Source: Histomonas meleagridis 2922-C6/04-290x
Lineage: Eukaryota; Protista; Parabasalia
Length of the DNA stretch: 64,000 nt
Direction: 5' to 3'
Assembly: GCA_020184695.1 (NCBI GenBank)
Contig: JAANOX010000113.1
Location: 102,257 to 166,256, forward strand
The notes under the pieces were generated by a model that searched no databases, was not told the DNA's origin, and saw nothing but the letters and a program-made list of their open reading frames with translations. Numbering within the stretch: position 1 is the stretch's first letter; the number at the start of each line of letters is the position of its first letter. A program made the translations under genes and the position numbers. Positions 1 through 10,520 of the stretch are shown in pieces.

Positions 1-1571
1 TATCTTTTGCTTCTAGATTAATTCCTTTTTGTTCCAAAAGTAATTTAACAATTTCATAATGCCCTTTTTTAGATGCGCATATAAGTGCAGTAAAAAATAA
101 AATAAATAAATGCCAAATAATTTAAACGAATTTCAAATAAGTTAAATTATTTAAATAAATATTCATTTCGAATCGATAAAATAAATATTAAATTAATAAA
201 ATAAATTTCTTTACAGTAAATCAAACACCAAAAAGAACATATAAAATAGTGTAGCATTAATATCAATATCTTTTTGTTCAAGAAGTAATTTAACAATTTC
301 AGTATAACCATAATAAGATGCTCGTATTAATGCAGTAAAAAATAATTTATAAAAATTCCAAATTTATACTCAAAACATCATATTATAAAATAAAATTTCA
401 AATTGAACAAATTTATGTCAAATACATTAATATTAATATCTTTGAATTTAAGAAGATAATTAACAAATTCATGGTTTCCTGAAGATGATGCATCTGCCAA
501 AATCGAAATTGGAAATTTTTTTATTGAAAAATATTTTAACATAAAAATATTCCCAACTAATGCCAAATGTTTTATAAAAAAATCACCAATTTCCATTCCT
601 TCTTTTATTAAAAATGATAAGATTTCATAATTATCATCCCAAAGACATTCAACTCCTAATTCTTCTAAATCATTAATTTCAACAATTTTATTATCATAAA
701 TATATTTAAAGATATCATTTTGATGAAATTCAATTGCTGTTTCATATGCATCTTCGAATGATGAATTATTTTGTTCACATAAATGAATAATTTCTTCATT
801 TCCACCTGCAACTGCATATTTACCTGTATTTTCGATATTTGCATTGTTCATAAGTAAATATTTAAAACATTTAACTGATCCAAAAAATGCTGCATAATCA
901 ATTAATGTAACATTTAATTTATTAATAAAAGAACATCTTTCATAAAGTGATGGTTCAATTGTTTGATTGAAATCAAAATTTGTTTGTGATGATATTTCTT
1001 GAAGTTTTTCGATTTCATCATTTCTTATTATTTTTGCAATTGTATTCGGATTAACTCCTTCTTTAATTAATTTCTTATGAATTTCCCAATCATTCTTTGA
1101 AAGCTCTTCGATATTTGAATAAAATTCTTTACGAAAACTATAATTAAAATGTCCAATTCTCATAAAATAACTTTCAATTTTTTGCATTTTTTCTTTTGTT
1201 TTATAGTGAGCAAAATATAATACTTTTTTCTTTTTAACAATTTGCGAATCATAAAGTCCATGATTAATCATATTTTCAAGAAGAAAATATGATTCATTAG
1301 TTTGCACTTCAAGTAAATATTGAGCAAACAAATTAAAAAAATCAGCATTTTTGATGTTTTTTTCTTCTGCACTTGCTTTTAGTTCCAACAAATACTTGAT
1401 ACAAATATTGATATCAGTTATTTTCCTTGACGCATATGCATTATATAAAAATCTCGAAATCATTAGATTAAATGAAAACGGAAAATTATAATCAAACAAA
1501 CCTAAAGTCGATTTAGCCGATTCATTATTTATATTAAAAATAACCTTTTCCAACTTTTGCATTAACTCCAT
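1..1571 (-). CDS. DUF3447-type N-terminal region plus C-terminal ankyrin repeats interrupted by 17-nt spacer arrays; runs off the window edge
   Basis: ORF 378..1619 (first ATG 1571) has the family block NPNTIAKIIRNDEIEKLQEISSQ...IDYAAFFGSVKCFKYL...AVAGGNEEIIHLCEQ. Beyond the ORF stop, two further 90-nt ankyrin segments are readable: 336-247 TALIRASYYGYTEIVKLLLEQKDIDINATL and 91-2 TALICASKKGHYEIVKLLLEQKGINLEAKD. Confidence 0.85.
92..246 (-). other. Extended spacer array: seven 17-nt spacers with single codons in an ankyrin linker
   Basis: Minus strand: [17]GGT[17]GAA[17]AAT[17]GAA, 15 nt, [17]GAA[17]GGC[17]TTT, then ACT GCA. 155 - 7x17 = 36 nt, in frame. Confidence 0.7.
337..416 (-). other. 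80-nt (17+3)x4 spacer array; retained codons GAA GAT GGA TTT (E D G F)
   Basis: Lies between GAC (D, 419-417) and ACT GCA (TA, 336-331). The last 3 nt of each 20-mer give the linker D-EDGF-TAL. Confidence 0.9.
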
Positions 1572-1915
1572 TTTAAAGAATAAAGTTCTGCCCAAAAGGT
1601 TGGAACACCACCTATTCAATCAACTGCCATTTTAATACAATCAAATTTAAAAACAAAAACAAACTTATCACAAAAGTGGAAACGCATTTTTCTAAAGTTT
1701 ACTTAGAAGACAAAACAATTAATTTTCCATTGAATATCAACAAGTTAATCATATAATTTCTTGGCACTAATAAACATTTGATGTAAAACATATTTTTTAA
1801 TTATACAGAAAGTTAAAAAACAATTTTCTTCATTTAAGTAAACTATAGAATAATAAAACTTTACAACGGACTCAATTCCCATTCAAATCCAGCTATCGTT
1901 TCCAAATAGAAAAAG

Positions 1916-3928
1916 TCACTGATTTTGTATTGAGAGTAATGGCTCGTCAAGTGTATTAAACTTGTCCACTTTGGCACCTTTTCTTTTATGAATGCAAATA
2001 ATGATTATGGTGATTATAACCAAAAGAGCGATCGATCCCAAAACAATTGCGATTATCAGTCCTGTTTTGCTCTTCTTCTCGATCTTTTCATCAGGCGGAC
2101 ATTCTGCAACTATTTTTCCTTTTGATATTGACATTGACGGGAATTCGGTTCCATTATAATCTTTCTTTACCATCACTGTACTTGTAGCTATGTCATAGAA
2201 TATTGTATCACGCATTGAACAATTTGGTGGTGAAAGTGAATAATAATATATACATTTTAAGTTTTCGCATTGCAAAATTGAATATTTCTCAAAGTTGAGA
2301 ACATGTTCTTCAATAATAATTGATTCGAGATAAGAACAATTACAAAATGAATATGAACAAAATCCTTTCATATATTCAGGTGTAGTAAATGAAGGAGATC
2401 GACATCCTGATGGATAACTAATTAACTTTTGCGGTCCAAGTGACGTTTTCCAATAAAGAACTCCGTCATTAGCATATGTGCAATATTGCATATTTGATAT
2501 CGAAACATTAAACTTTTGAAGACTGTTGCAAAATGTAAATGGATTAATACCAATGGAGGTAACTGTTTTAGGAATTGTAATTTCCATTAATGACTCACAA
2601 TGTGTAAATGCTTCATCTTTGATCTCCTTTAAACCATCATTAAGAATAACAGATTCAAGAGAAGTACAATACTCAAATGCTTTCGTTGGAATGGTTTTAA
2701 GTGAGCTTGGAATTATGATACTCTTTAATCCAGACTTGGAAAAAGTGGTTTCTCCAATTGATGATAAACGGTCGTCTAGTGTAACGGTCGCTAAAGAAGG
2801 ACACACTGAAAAAGCGGATTTTTCAATGGTATACAACTTAACTGATTTAATTGTGACACTTTTGAGCTTGGAACAATGTGAAAAAGCGCTCTCTTCAATT
2901 TTTTCAATATTTTCGCCAATAACAACATCTTCTAAGCTGAGGCAAGATATAAATGAATACTTTCCGATAGTGATAGTAGAATTCGGAATTGTGATATTGG
3001 TGATAGCTGTATTGGAGAATGCATATTGATTAATGCTTTGGATCTTATTACCAAGAGTGACATCCTTAAGCTTGTAGCAGTTGGTAAATGTGAACGAATT
3101 GATTGTTTCGATGTCAGATGGAAGTGATACTTTTTCTAATTGTCCGCAAGAAAAGAAAACTGCCGATCCTAACATTTCGACTGTGTTTGGAATTGAAATA
3201 GAACTCAAAGAATCACAATATGCAAATGCATAACGATTTATTGTTTTCAGTTTTCCTTCATGAGGAAAAGTAACAGTAGTTAAGGCAATACAATCTGAAA
3301 ATCCATATTGTTCGATTTGTATAACATTTTCTCCTATGTTAACATTTGTTAAATTTCTGCAACCGTTAAATGAATAATTACAAATTGTAGTTATTGAAGA
3401 TGGTACGTTAAATGACTTGCTTGGAATCCCTGATGGATAGCAAATAATTAAAGTTAAATCTTTGTTGTAAAGAATTCCATCATTTTCAAAATTTGAATAA
3501 TTTGAATTTCCCTTAGAAACATTAATACGTTGGAGACGGAAGCATGGAGAAAACGAAGAAATTCCAATAGATGTAACTGAATCTGGAATTGTTACATTTG
3601 TCAACGAATGACAATAGCTAAATGCATTAGCTTCAATTACTTGAACGCTCTCTCCAATGATAAGGGTTGATAAGGAAGAACATTCTGAAAACGCTGAATC
3701 ACAAATTGATGTAATTGAATTAGCAACGTTAACAAATTCAAGCGAAGCCCATTTAATAAATGCTGAATTTGGAATTTTGGCTACATCGTTTACAAAGATC
3801 AAGCTTTTTGTCTTGTTTTTGAAATCTAAATAAATCTTGTTTTCGATTTCACCTGCATTTAAAATCAAAGTAAAATTATCTGGTATATATCCTTGAGATG
3901 TGAGGACATTGAACAGAAGAAAGAGCAT
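1916..3928 (-). CDS. BspA-family (TpLRR/LRR_5) leucine-rich repeat surface protein with signal peptide, TM helix and short cytosolic tail
   Basis: Many LxxIxIPxSVxxIGxxAFxxCxxL repeats. Hydrophobic N-terminus from ATG 3928 (the track start is TTG). TM LIIAIVLGSIALLVIITIIIICI followed by HKRK. Confidence 0.92.
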   Translation of the reverse strand: MLFLLFNVLTSQGYIPDNFTLILNAGEIENKIYLDFKNKTKSLIFVNDVAKIPNSAFIKWASLEFVNVANSITSICDSAFSECSSLSTLIIGESVQVIEANAFSYCHSLTNVTIPDSVTSIGISSFSPCFRLQRINVSKGNSNYSNFENDGILYNKDLTLIICYPSGIPSKSFNVPSSITTICNYSFNGCRNLTNVNIGENVIQIEQYGFSDCIALTTVTFPHEGKLKTINRYAFAYCDSLSSISIPNTVEMLGSAVFFSCGQLEKVSLPSDIETINSFTFTNCYKLKDVTLGNKIQSINQYAFSNTAITNITIPNSTITIGKYSFISCLSLEDVVIGENIEKIEESAFSHCSKLKSVTIKSVKLYTIEKSAFSVCPSLATVTLDDRLSSIGETTFSKSGLKSIIIPSSLKTIPTKAFEYCTSLESVILNDGLKEIKDEAFTHCESLMEITIPKTVTSIGINPFTFCNSLQKFNVSISNMQYCTYANDGVLYWKTSLGPQKLISYPSGCRSPSFTTPEYMKGFCSYSFCNCSYLESIIIEEHVLNFEKYSILQCENLKCIYYYSLSPPNCSMRDTIFYDIATSTVMVKKDYNGTEFPSMSISKGKIVAECPPDEKIEKKSKTGLIIAIVLGSIALLVIITIIIICIHKRKGAKVDKFNTLDEPLLSIQNQ

Positions 3929-4169
3929 CTCAAAATGGCCTCGAAAAAACCGAAGAGCCAATTAAAAAAACATTTTCAAAAACAATGTATGTTTAAAAAG
4001 TTATATTCCAATCAAATCAAGTGGTTTACTTCAGTCTAATGGCAAATTCAATTTTGAGGCAACTAACTTTTCACTTGGAAGATGATTTTTTTTCGAATAA
4101 TTTGTTTTAAATTTTCGTCATGACTTCAAACGGCCAGATGTCGACCGTTTGTGTTTTCAGCAATCTTTC

Positions 4170-5522
4170 ATGATCGAAAAAAATCAAAAAGATCCATTTC
4201 ATTTGATCAGTGAGATAAACTTAGGAATTTCTGCATCAGAGGTATTGACAAATCACCTTCATTCTATTGAAATGTTAATTACATCTCCTCAATTTCCAAT
4301 ATCTGACGTAATAAGTCATTTAAATGAGATTTTATCTATCATAGAAGATTCTTCATGCGAATTCAATATCGATTATTGTTTTAAAATATTTTTAAATATT
4401 TTAGTAAATATTCCAAATATAGAAATAGTTAAAAAAACGCTTGTTGTAATGAAATATTTTATATTTTCATCTCACGAAGCATCTCGTCAATTATTTAAAT
4501 TACAAATTTTCCCAATTCTCATTTTGTTTTTACAGCAAATTGATAATAATTTCATAAGACGTACCATATTTTCAATTTTTAGTAACCTCCTTAAGGAGGG
4601 CGAAGAAATATTTTATGCATGTATTGAATGCCGATTTGTAGAACTTTATGTAAATGAATTTCAACGACTTCTTAATGCCCTTAATTTATCTGATTTTCAT
4701 TCATTTACACTTCTCGATCCCGTCATTGATGGGCTTCTTTCATTATCACAATATCCCACACCATATTCACAACAACTGATACATATGTATTCATCCATAT
4801 TGTCAAATCGCCAAAACCTTGGAATGTTTGTTGATAACACATTAAGTTACTCAAAGAATTTAATGGTTAATCCCATCTTTGATAACACCATATTTTTTAC
4901 GAGCGGATTTGTTTCTAATATTCTTGAGATTTTATGTGATGATTATAGTGTCTATTGGACAAATAGTTATTTATGTTTAGGACAAATTTTAAAAGATCAA
5001 ACACAAGAAGCTTATAACTTAATTAATGGTTTTGATCTTGTTTCTTGTTGTGCGAAAGCTCTTTCATTCCAAGATTTGGATACTTTCGCACAAGGTTTAT
5101 TCTTTTTCGTTTCGAATTTCATCGATAAGAAAATGGTCCTAATTCCTGAGTTAGAAAAGTTGAATTTGTTTAATTGGGAATATTTACAATTTCGAATTGT
5201 TTCATATAAATCAACGAAATCTTTTGCGTATATGATAATAACTGTTTTGTACTATTCGAATCTAGAACAAGTTATAAATATTATTTCGAATGATGCAACT
5301 GTTAATGTTTTGTTCGATTGTTTGGATAACGCTAAAATTAATATGATCATTAAGGCGTTGATAGCATTCGAACAATTGGAAACAAAATTTAAAGATAAAA
5401 TTCGACAGTTTCCTCTTTTTTTGGAAAGATTGGCAATTTTCTTAGAAAATGTAACAAATGATGCAAATGAAGAAGTGGCCGGAAAGGCATTAATGTTAAG
5501 GCACGCACTAGAAATAGATTGA
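4170..5522 (+). CDS. Hypothetical alpha-helical (ARM/HEAT-like) protein
   Basis: 450-aa ORF from the first ATG 4170, Leu/Ile/Phe-rich helical pattern. Fold is inferred only. Confidence 0.6.
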   Translation: MIEKNQKDPFHLISEINLGISASEVLTNHLHSIEMLITSPQFPISDVISHLNEILSIIEDSSCEFNIDYCFKIFLNILVNIPNIEIVKKTLVVMKYFIFSSHEASRQLFKLQIFPILILFLQQIDNNFIRRTIFSIFSNLLKEGEEIFYACIECRFVELYVNEFQRLLNALNLSDFHSFTLLDPVIDGLLSLSQYPTPYSQQLIHMYSSILSNRQNLGMFVDNTLSYSKNLMVNPIFDNTIFFTSGFVSNILEILCDDYSVYWTNSYLCLGQILKDQTQEAYNLINGFDLVSCCAKALSFQDLDTFAQGLFFFVSNFIDKKMVLIPELEKLNLFNWEYLQFRIVSYKSTKSFAYMIITVLYYSNLEQVINIISNDATVNVLFDCLDNAKINMIIKALIAFEQLETKFKDKIRQFPLFLERLAIFLENVTNDANEEVAGKALMLRHALEID

Positions 5523-5892
5523 TATGTTAATTTTTTTGTTTTTATAATAAACTGGAATTAAAATAATTTTAAAACAAATGTTTAAATATTTTTTATCATT
5601 AGCCCAAACAATGTTATGTTGTATTTAATTGTTATTTTATTCCAAATTATAAGAAAACATGCTTTTATTGTACAAATTTGTAAATTGACTTTAGTAAAAC
5701 CATGTAATAAGGTATGGTTTGAATATTTTTTTTTCTTTTAATATTTGTAGAGTTAAAATGATGCTATAAATTCTTTTGTTTTACAGATTGGGAATTGTTA
5801 ATTCAATCAATAGTTTACATTTCGGTTTTTGGCTACTGAAATTTTCGCATCACATTTCGCTTATATGAAAGTGCAATTTGGCACTTTTCATA

Positions 5893-7236
5893 ATGTCGCA
5901 AGCAATTTTTCCAACTATTTCCACAATTGCGAATTCAATCGGAATATCACACGTCAAAGAATCAATTGCGTCTAAAATATATCATCAAGTAAAGCGAGAT
6001 ATCATAAAAATTTTAGGTGATTCAATACAGATGATGCAAATTCATCACTGCAGAACTCTTAAAGTATCACATATTAACATGGCTCTTGAATCAAACAAAT
6101 TAGAACCACTATTTGGATATACAGATGGAAAGGAAATCAATTTCGAAAATATTGGAACTATAGATGCCCTTAATTTATTAGTTTATATGGACTACCCTGT
6201 TAATATTGAATCATTTATGCGTTTTGAATTAAAGCCATATCCATTAGATATTTCATATGATCTAGAATGGCTTGCAGTAATGGGCCAACCACTAAGAAGT
6301 CAAGAAGCTCTTGGAACAGGCCAACCATCAGAAGCTGAGACATCAGATCTTGGTGAAAAACAATTGTTTGTAAATTTTTCCAATTGGCAAAACAATCTAG
6401 AATCCGATTTTACCATCTCATCTAAGCATAGTTTTTCTTATGAATTTAAGCTTTACTATCAAACAGCCCGTAAGAATCTACTTTCTAATGATTTCCATCA
6501 TCGTGAAAAAATGCTGCAACAACTCCGCAAAGAGAATTGTCTTGAAACTCTTATTCCATACTTTATCCAATTTTCCCAAACCATTATCAATGATTATCCC
6601 AAAGATTATGAGAAACTTTTATTATCGGTTTCCATCATGAAGTCATTATGTAAAAACGAGGAACTTTCAATTGACATCTATTTACAGACCCTATTAACAG
6701 TAGCTTTAACATTTTTAGTCAGTCCACGAATCATGTCAAATGACATCTCGCGTCAACTACTGATACGCTCATACGCCTGCGACTTGTTCAAGGTCCTCAT
6801 AGATCGTTCTATAGCGAATTATCCGAACGTTGAGCCGATGACCACATCAAATCTTCTAACCGTCATCGTCGGGAACAATTCGATACCCCAAAAGTTTGGC
6901 GCCGCTTCTGCTTTACTCACGTTGGGGTTAAACACTGCATCGAACTTTCTGTTCCCAGTAATCCCGAACTTGTTAAATGAATTAAAGGAAGCGGATTCAG
7001 TCGAACAAAGTTATAAAGGTAAAGAAGCGATCGTTAGAACTTACGACGTTTTGTTGAAAGCAATTGGTAACTGTGTACATGCAGATACAATCAAAATGCT
7101 GGCTAAAGGTATTGAGCCTTTGAACCCATTGTCAATGCCGTCAATAGATGGAGAAAACTATTTGAAGCTGGTGGATAAATTCGGATTGGATTTGATCCCG
7201 TACTGTATAGATGAGTCATCGCTTTTATATATATAA
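5893..7236 (+). CDS. TAF6: TFIID subunit TAF6-like protein
   Basis: N-terminal histone fold (TIANSIGISH...HINMALESNKLEPLFGY) and TAF6 C-terminal HEAT motifs (KHSFSYEFKLYY, LQQLRKENCLETLIPYF, QKFGAASALLTLG). First ATG 5893. Confidence 0.8.
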   Translation: MSQAIFPTISTIANSIGISHVKESIASKIYHQVKRDIIKILGDSIQMMQIHHCRTLKVSHINMALESNKLEPLFGYTDGKEINFENIGTIDALNLLVYMDYPVNIESFMRFELKPYPLDISYDLEWLAVMGQPLRSQEALGTGQPSEAETSDLGEKQLFVNFSNWQNNLESDFTISSKHSFSYEFKLYYQTARKNLLSNDFHHREKMLQQLRKENCLETLIPYFIQFSQTIINDYPKDYEKLLLSVSIMKSLCKNEELSIDIYLQTLLTVALTFLVSPRIMSNDISRQLLIRSYACDLFKVLIDRSIANYPNVEPMTTSNLLTVIVGNNSIPQKFGAASALLTLGLNTASNFLFPVIPNLLNELKEADSVEQSYKGKEAIVRTYDVLLKAIGNCVHADTIKMLAKGIEPLNPLSMPSIDGENYLKLVDKFGLDLIPYCIDESSLLYI

Positions 7237-8047
7237 ATATATTTTTTTGTGTATAAAAAATGTTTTTGGAAATAATTAGAAAGAATTAATATAAATTTAT
7301 GTTTTCTAAATTTTGATTCGTGAAATATTACAATGCTTTAATGTATGAAAAATTTGTAAAGTATTATTTGTAGTTGTAACGAAAATTTTGAGATTATTTT
7401 TATGAATGAAAATCATTGAACTTATTTTTTAATCCTTTTAACCAGGAATATAATATCACTTCATGCAAAATTCTATAAGATTAAATCTTTTTTTGGATTA
7501 TTTCACACTCTTATAACGTGTTTTCCTTTTAATTTTTTTTAGTACACTTGAAAATGAAAAGTTTTTCTAATTAATGGAAATGCAATATGATTTTTTTCTA
7601 ATAGCGTTTCATGCAGCTTTCAAAAAGAATAAATAAAGGCACCTCGGATTTAGAATATAAACAATTCTTATAAAAATTTACATTTTGTAAATGCTTTATC
7701 ATCTACATATATGTAGCAAGATAAATCAATGATTATAATTAATTTATTTTTATATTCAGTAATTTTTTTCCATTCATACCTGCAAAGGGAAATTTATTCA
7801 ATAAATAATTTAATTCATCAAATGTTTTTACATCTGCATATGATTTTATCAAAATTTACTAATAAAAAATTGAAGGTCCGTTGAAAGTTTATTGTAATAA
7901 AAACAAATATTTAACCAAATATTTGTAAAGGCAATAATAGATTTGAATTTATACACCGTTATTCAAACCTGTCGATCGACATGAAGAGCACTTTCTGAAT
8001 ATATCTTTCAAAAAGTGATATTTTGACACTTTTTGTCAAGAAGTAGC

Positions 8048-9442
8048 TCAACGATTCTGTTCATTTTTTGCTTCTGCCAATTGGATTCTCAGAGCTCTTA
8101 TCTTTTCTTCCATCTCATTTTTTAAACGCTTGTATAACGTTTCATTTTCGCTCTGTAGATGGTTGATTCTATTTTCAAGTTCATCATTACTTTTTAAAAG
8201 ACTTTTAAACTCTTCTTCATCCGTTGCTGTGGCATTTCCCTCACTATCAGTTGGTTCCTTTGGAATTTGTCCATTTTTAAGAGACTTTATTTTTGTTATT
8301 AAATTTCCCATATTATTCTCATCTAAAGACAACTTAAAACACTTAACTAACTCATCTTTGAATTCGTTGCAATCGTTTTCCATCTTTTCCAATTTTTGTT
8401 TAAGAATTAAATACATCGAATTAAGTTCTTGATTTTTTCTCAAAAGAGCTTCGTTGTCTTGTTTTAGAGCATCTCTTTCCTTAACGATGTCTTCTTCTGT
8501 CTTTAGCTTTTGAATTTTATTTAGCTTACTTCTTAAATTTAGATTTTTTTCAGTTTCGTTTTTGAGTTTCTGTTTTGTTTCCGAAAGAGCTGAAGAAATT
8601 TCTTCTATTTCGCGATGGATCTGTGCTGCTCTTTCAATAGAAGAATTCTGTTCGCTCTTGAGTTTATTGAAGTTCTCTTCATAGTTCGGCGGTGGTTTTG
8701 TGGATTCAATAAGAATTTGTAATCTTTGAAAATCAGGTGGAATACGTTTTTGCTTAAAGATTTCGAAAAGACATGTCTTGGATTGCCATGCAATTCTACC
8801 TTTTTTGATGGTATTAATACGGTCATTTAAATTTGAAATTAATTTGTCAAATGATTGAATTGGAGTATTCACTGGATTTGGTGTATTATGTGAAGGAGGT
8901 GGAATAAAGCCAAAATTTGATGAAAGAAAGGAATCTGTTGAATTGTGAAATGGATATGAAAATAAAAATGAGCCATTTCGGATTATTTGTTGAATCTCTA
9001 AAAGATCACTTGTTTCTTGGAGTCTTTTCTCTATGGGTGTGACATCATTTCCATTGATAACTTCAATGGAAAAACCAAATGCAAAAAGCACCATTTCACG
9101 TACATAAAGACGTGCCATGATTGGTGTTTCTGTAATGTCAATATTTTTCAATTTAGGAAGAGCAGTCGCGTATTTGAAAGAAGTAATTAATGTGTTTTTC
9201 ATGATCAAAATTTCAATATTTTTAAGATTGATAATTCCGTCAAAATTAACAATAGGACAATTTGAAACGTCAACTTTTGTTATCATTAAATAATTAATAT
9301 CTTTGAAGCTTGATAAATATGGCGGGATTTGATAATTTTCATATTTTTTTTGCTGGAATATTTCGTGTTGCGTTTGGCTTCTATTGGTGAAAGTTCTTTT
9401 TGGAAATTGAATTCCAATGTTATTTTTTGGGATAATGTTCAT
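8048..9442 (-). CDS. Leucine-rich repeat plus coiled-coil protein
   Basis: N-terminal LRR-like stretch (LKNIEILIMKNTLITSF...LPKLKNIDITETPI) and long C-terminal heptad region. Confidence 0.7.
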   Translation of the reverse strand: MNIIPKNNIGIQFPKRTFTNRSQTQHEIFQQKKYENYQIPPYLSSFKDINYLMITKVDVSNCPIVNFDGIINLKNIEILIMKNTLITSFKYATALPKLKNIDITETPIMARLYVREMVLFAFGFSIEVINGNDVTPIEKRLQETSDLLEIQQIIRNGSFLFSYPFHNSTDSFLSSNFGFIPPPSHNTPNPVNTPIQSFDKLISNLNDRINTIKKGRIAWQSKTCLFEIFKQKRIPPDFQRLQILIESTKPPPNYEENFNKLKSEQNSSIERAAQIHREIEEISSALSETKQKLKNETEKNLNLRSKLNKIQKLKTEEDIVKERDALKQDNEALLRKNQELNSMYLILKQKLEKMENDCNEFKDELVKCFKLSLDENNMGNLITKIKSLKNGQIPKEPTDSEGNATATDEEEFKSLLKSNDELENRINHLQSENETLYKRLKNEMEEKIRALRIQLAEAKNEQNR

Positions 9443-10520
9443 CTTCTACGCAAACCGAAAGAGAAACAAAATGGGGCACCTCAAACATGAAGATGAAAAA
9501 ATCAGACATCTCTTTGTTACTGGTTCAAGTTAATTTCAAAATCACGGATTTTTTAAATGATAATACTATGCCAATTAAAAATCTAAAAAAAAATATGGAT
9601 AATTAAAATTTTCCATTTTATATGCAAAATACAAACTGAAATAAATCATGGTTTAACCAGTCAGCCCAGTTAACTGAACAACAATAACACACATTTTATA
9701 ATCTCGTTAGCTTATTTTTTTCATTTTTAAATTTGAATGAGAGTAATATCATGTTGTTCTGTTATGCTTGTTGAAAACACTCATGTTTGCCATTTGATTT
9801 TTTTATAAAATATATATATCTTTTTTTCCAAAATATCAAATATCAACATTGAAATTTTTTTGTTTCAATTCATTAAATTTAAATGCTTAACTGACTGGCA
9901 ATTGCATTTAAGTGATGGATATTTTTTATGTTAAAAATTTTCAACTTATTGCAAGTTTTTTCATTGTTCGAGTGCTTACATTAACGGCGATGTGACTGTA
10001 AACAGATGAGGTGAAATTTTTAACGGCTTTAGTCCTGAAACAACGGCTATTTTCGATGCGAGTTATAAAATAACTGATGGAAAAATTTGGCAGTCATCAC
10101 TTCACTTTTTGAATGTAATTCTATTAACCCGATCGAAATGTGTCAATTTTCCACAACCAAGTTTAATTCAAATTTCAATCGTTCTATTTTGAATGTGTAA
10201 AAAGGAGTTTTCGACCAATTTATAATCAAATTTAAATCAGAATTTTGAATTATTACATTAATTTAAAAAATATTTTTCATTCTTAATTACATACAACATG
10301 AATGTCGATTTTAATGTGAATTTTAAATATTAATTTCATGTGTATATAATGAGATATTTGTTTTTCAATTTTGAATCAGATCAATTTATTGAGATAAACT
10401 CCAGCGTCATTAAAAACTCAAACACTTCACATTACTTTCAAAAAAAAATGTTGTCAGCGTATAATGGTTTCAAAAAGTTGTTTTGAATGATTGAGTTAAA
10501 ACGTTCCAAAATCCAGTTAT

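Noticed and set aside
337-416. U12-type AT-AC intron
   Set aside because: No ATATCCTT 5' consensus or TCCTTAAC branch site, and the terminal AC is part of the conserved Thr codon.
9960-10090. Slightly GC-richer intergenic island with several AACGG motifs, considered as an ncRNA
   Set aside because: No stable fold or family motif recognisable by eye; more simply Myb-like promoter sites between divergent genes.
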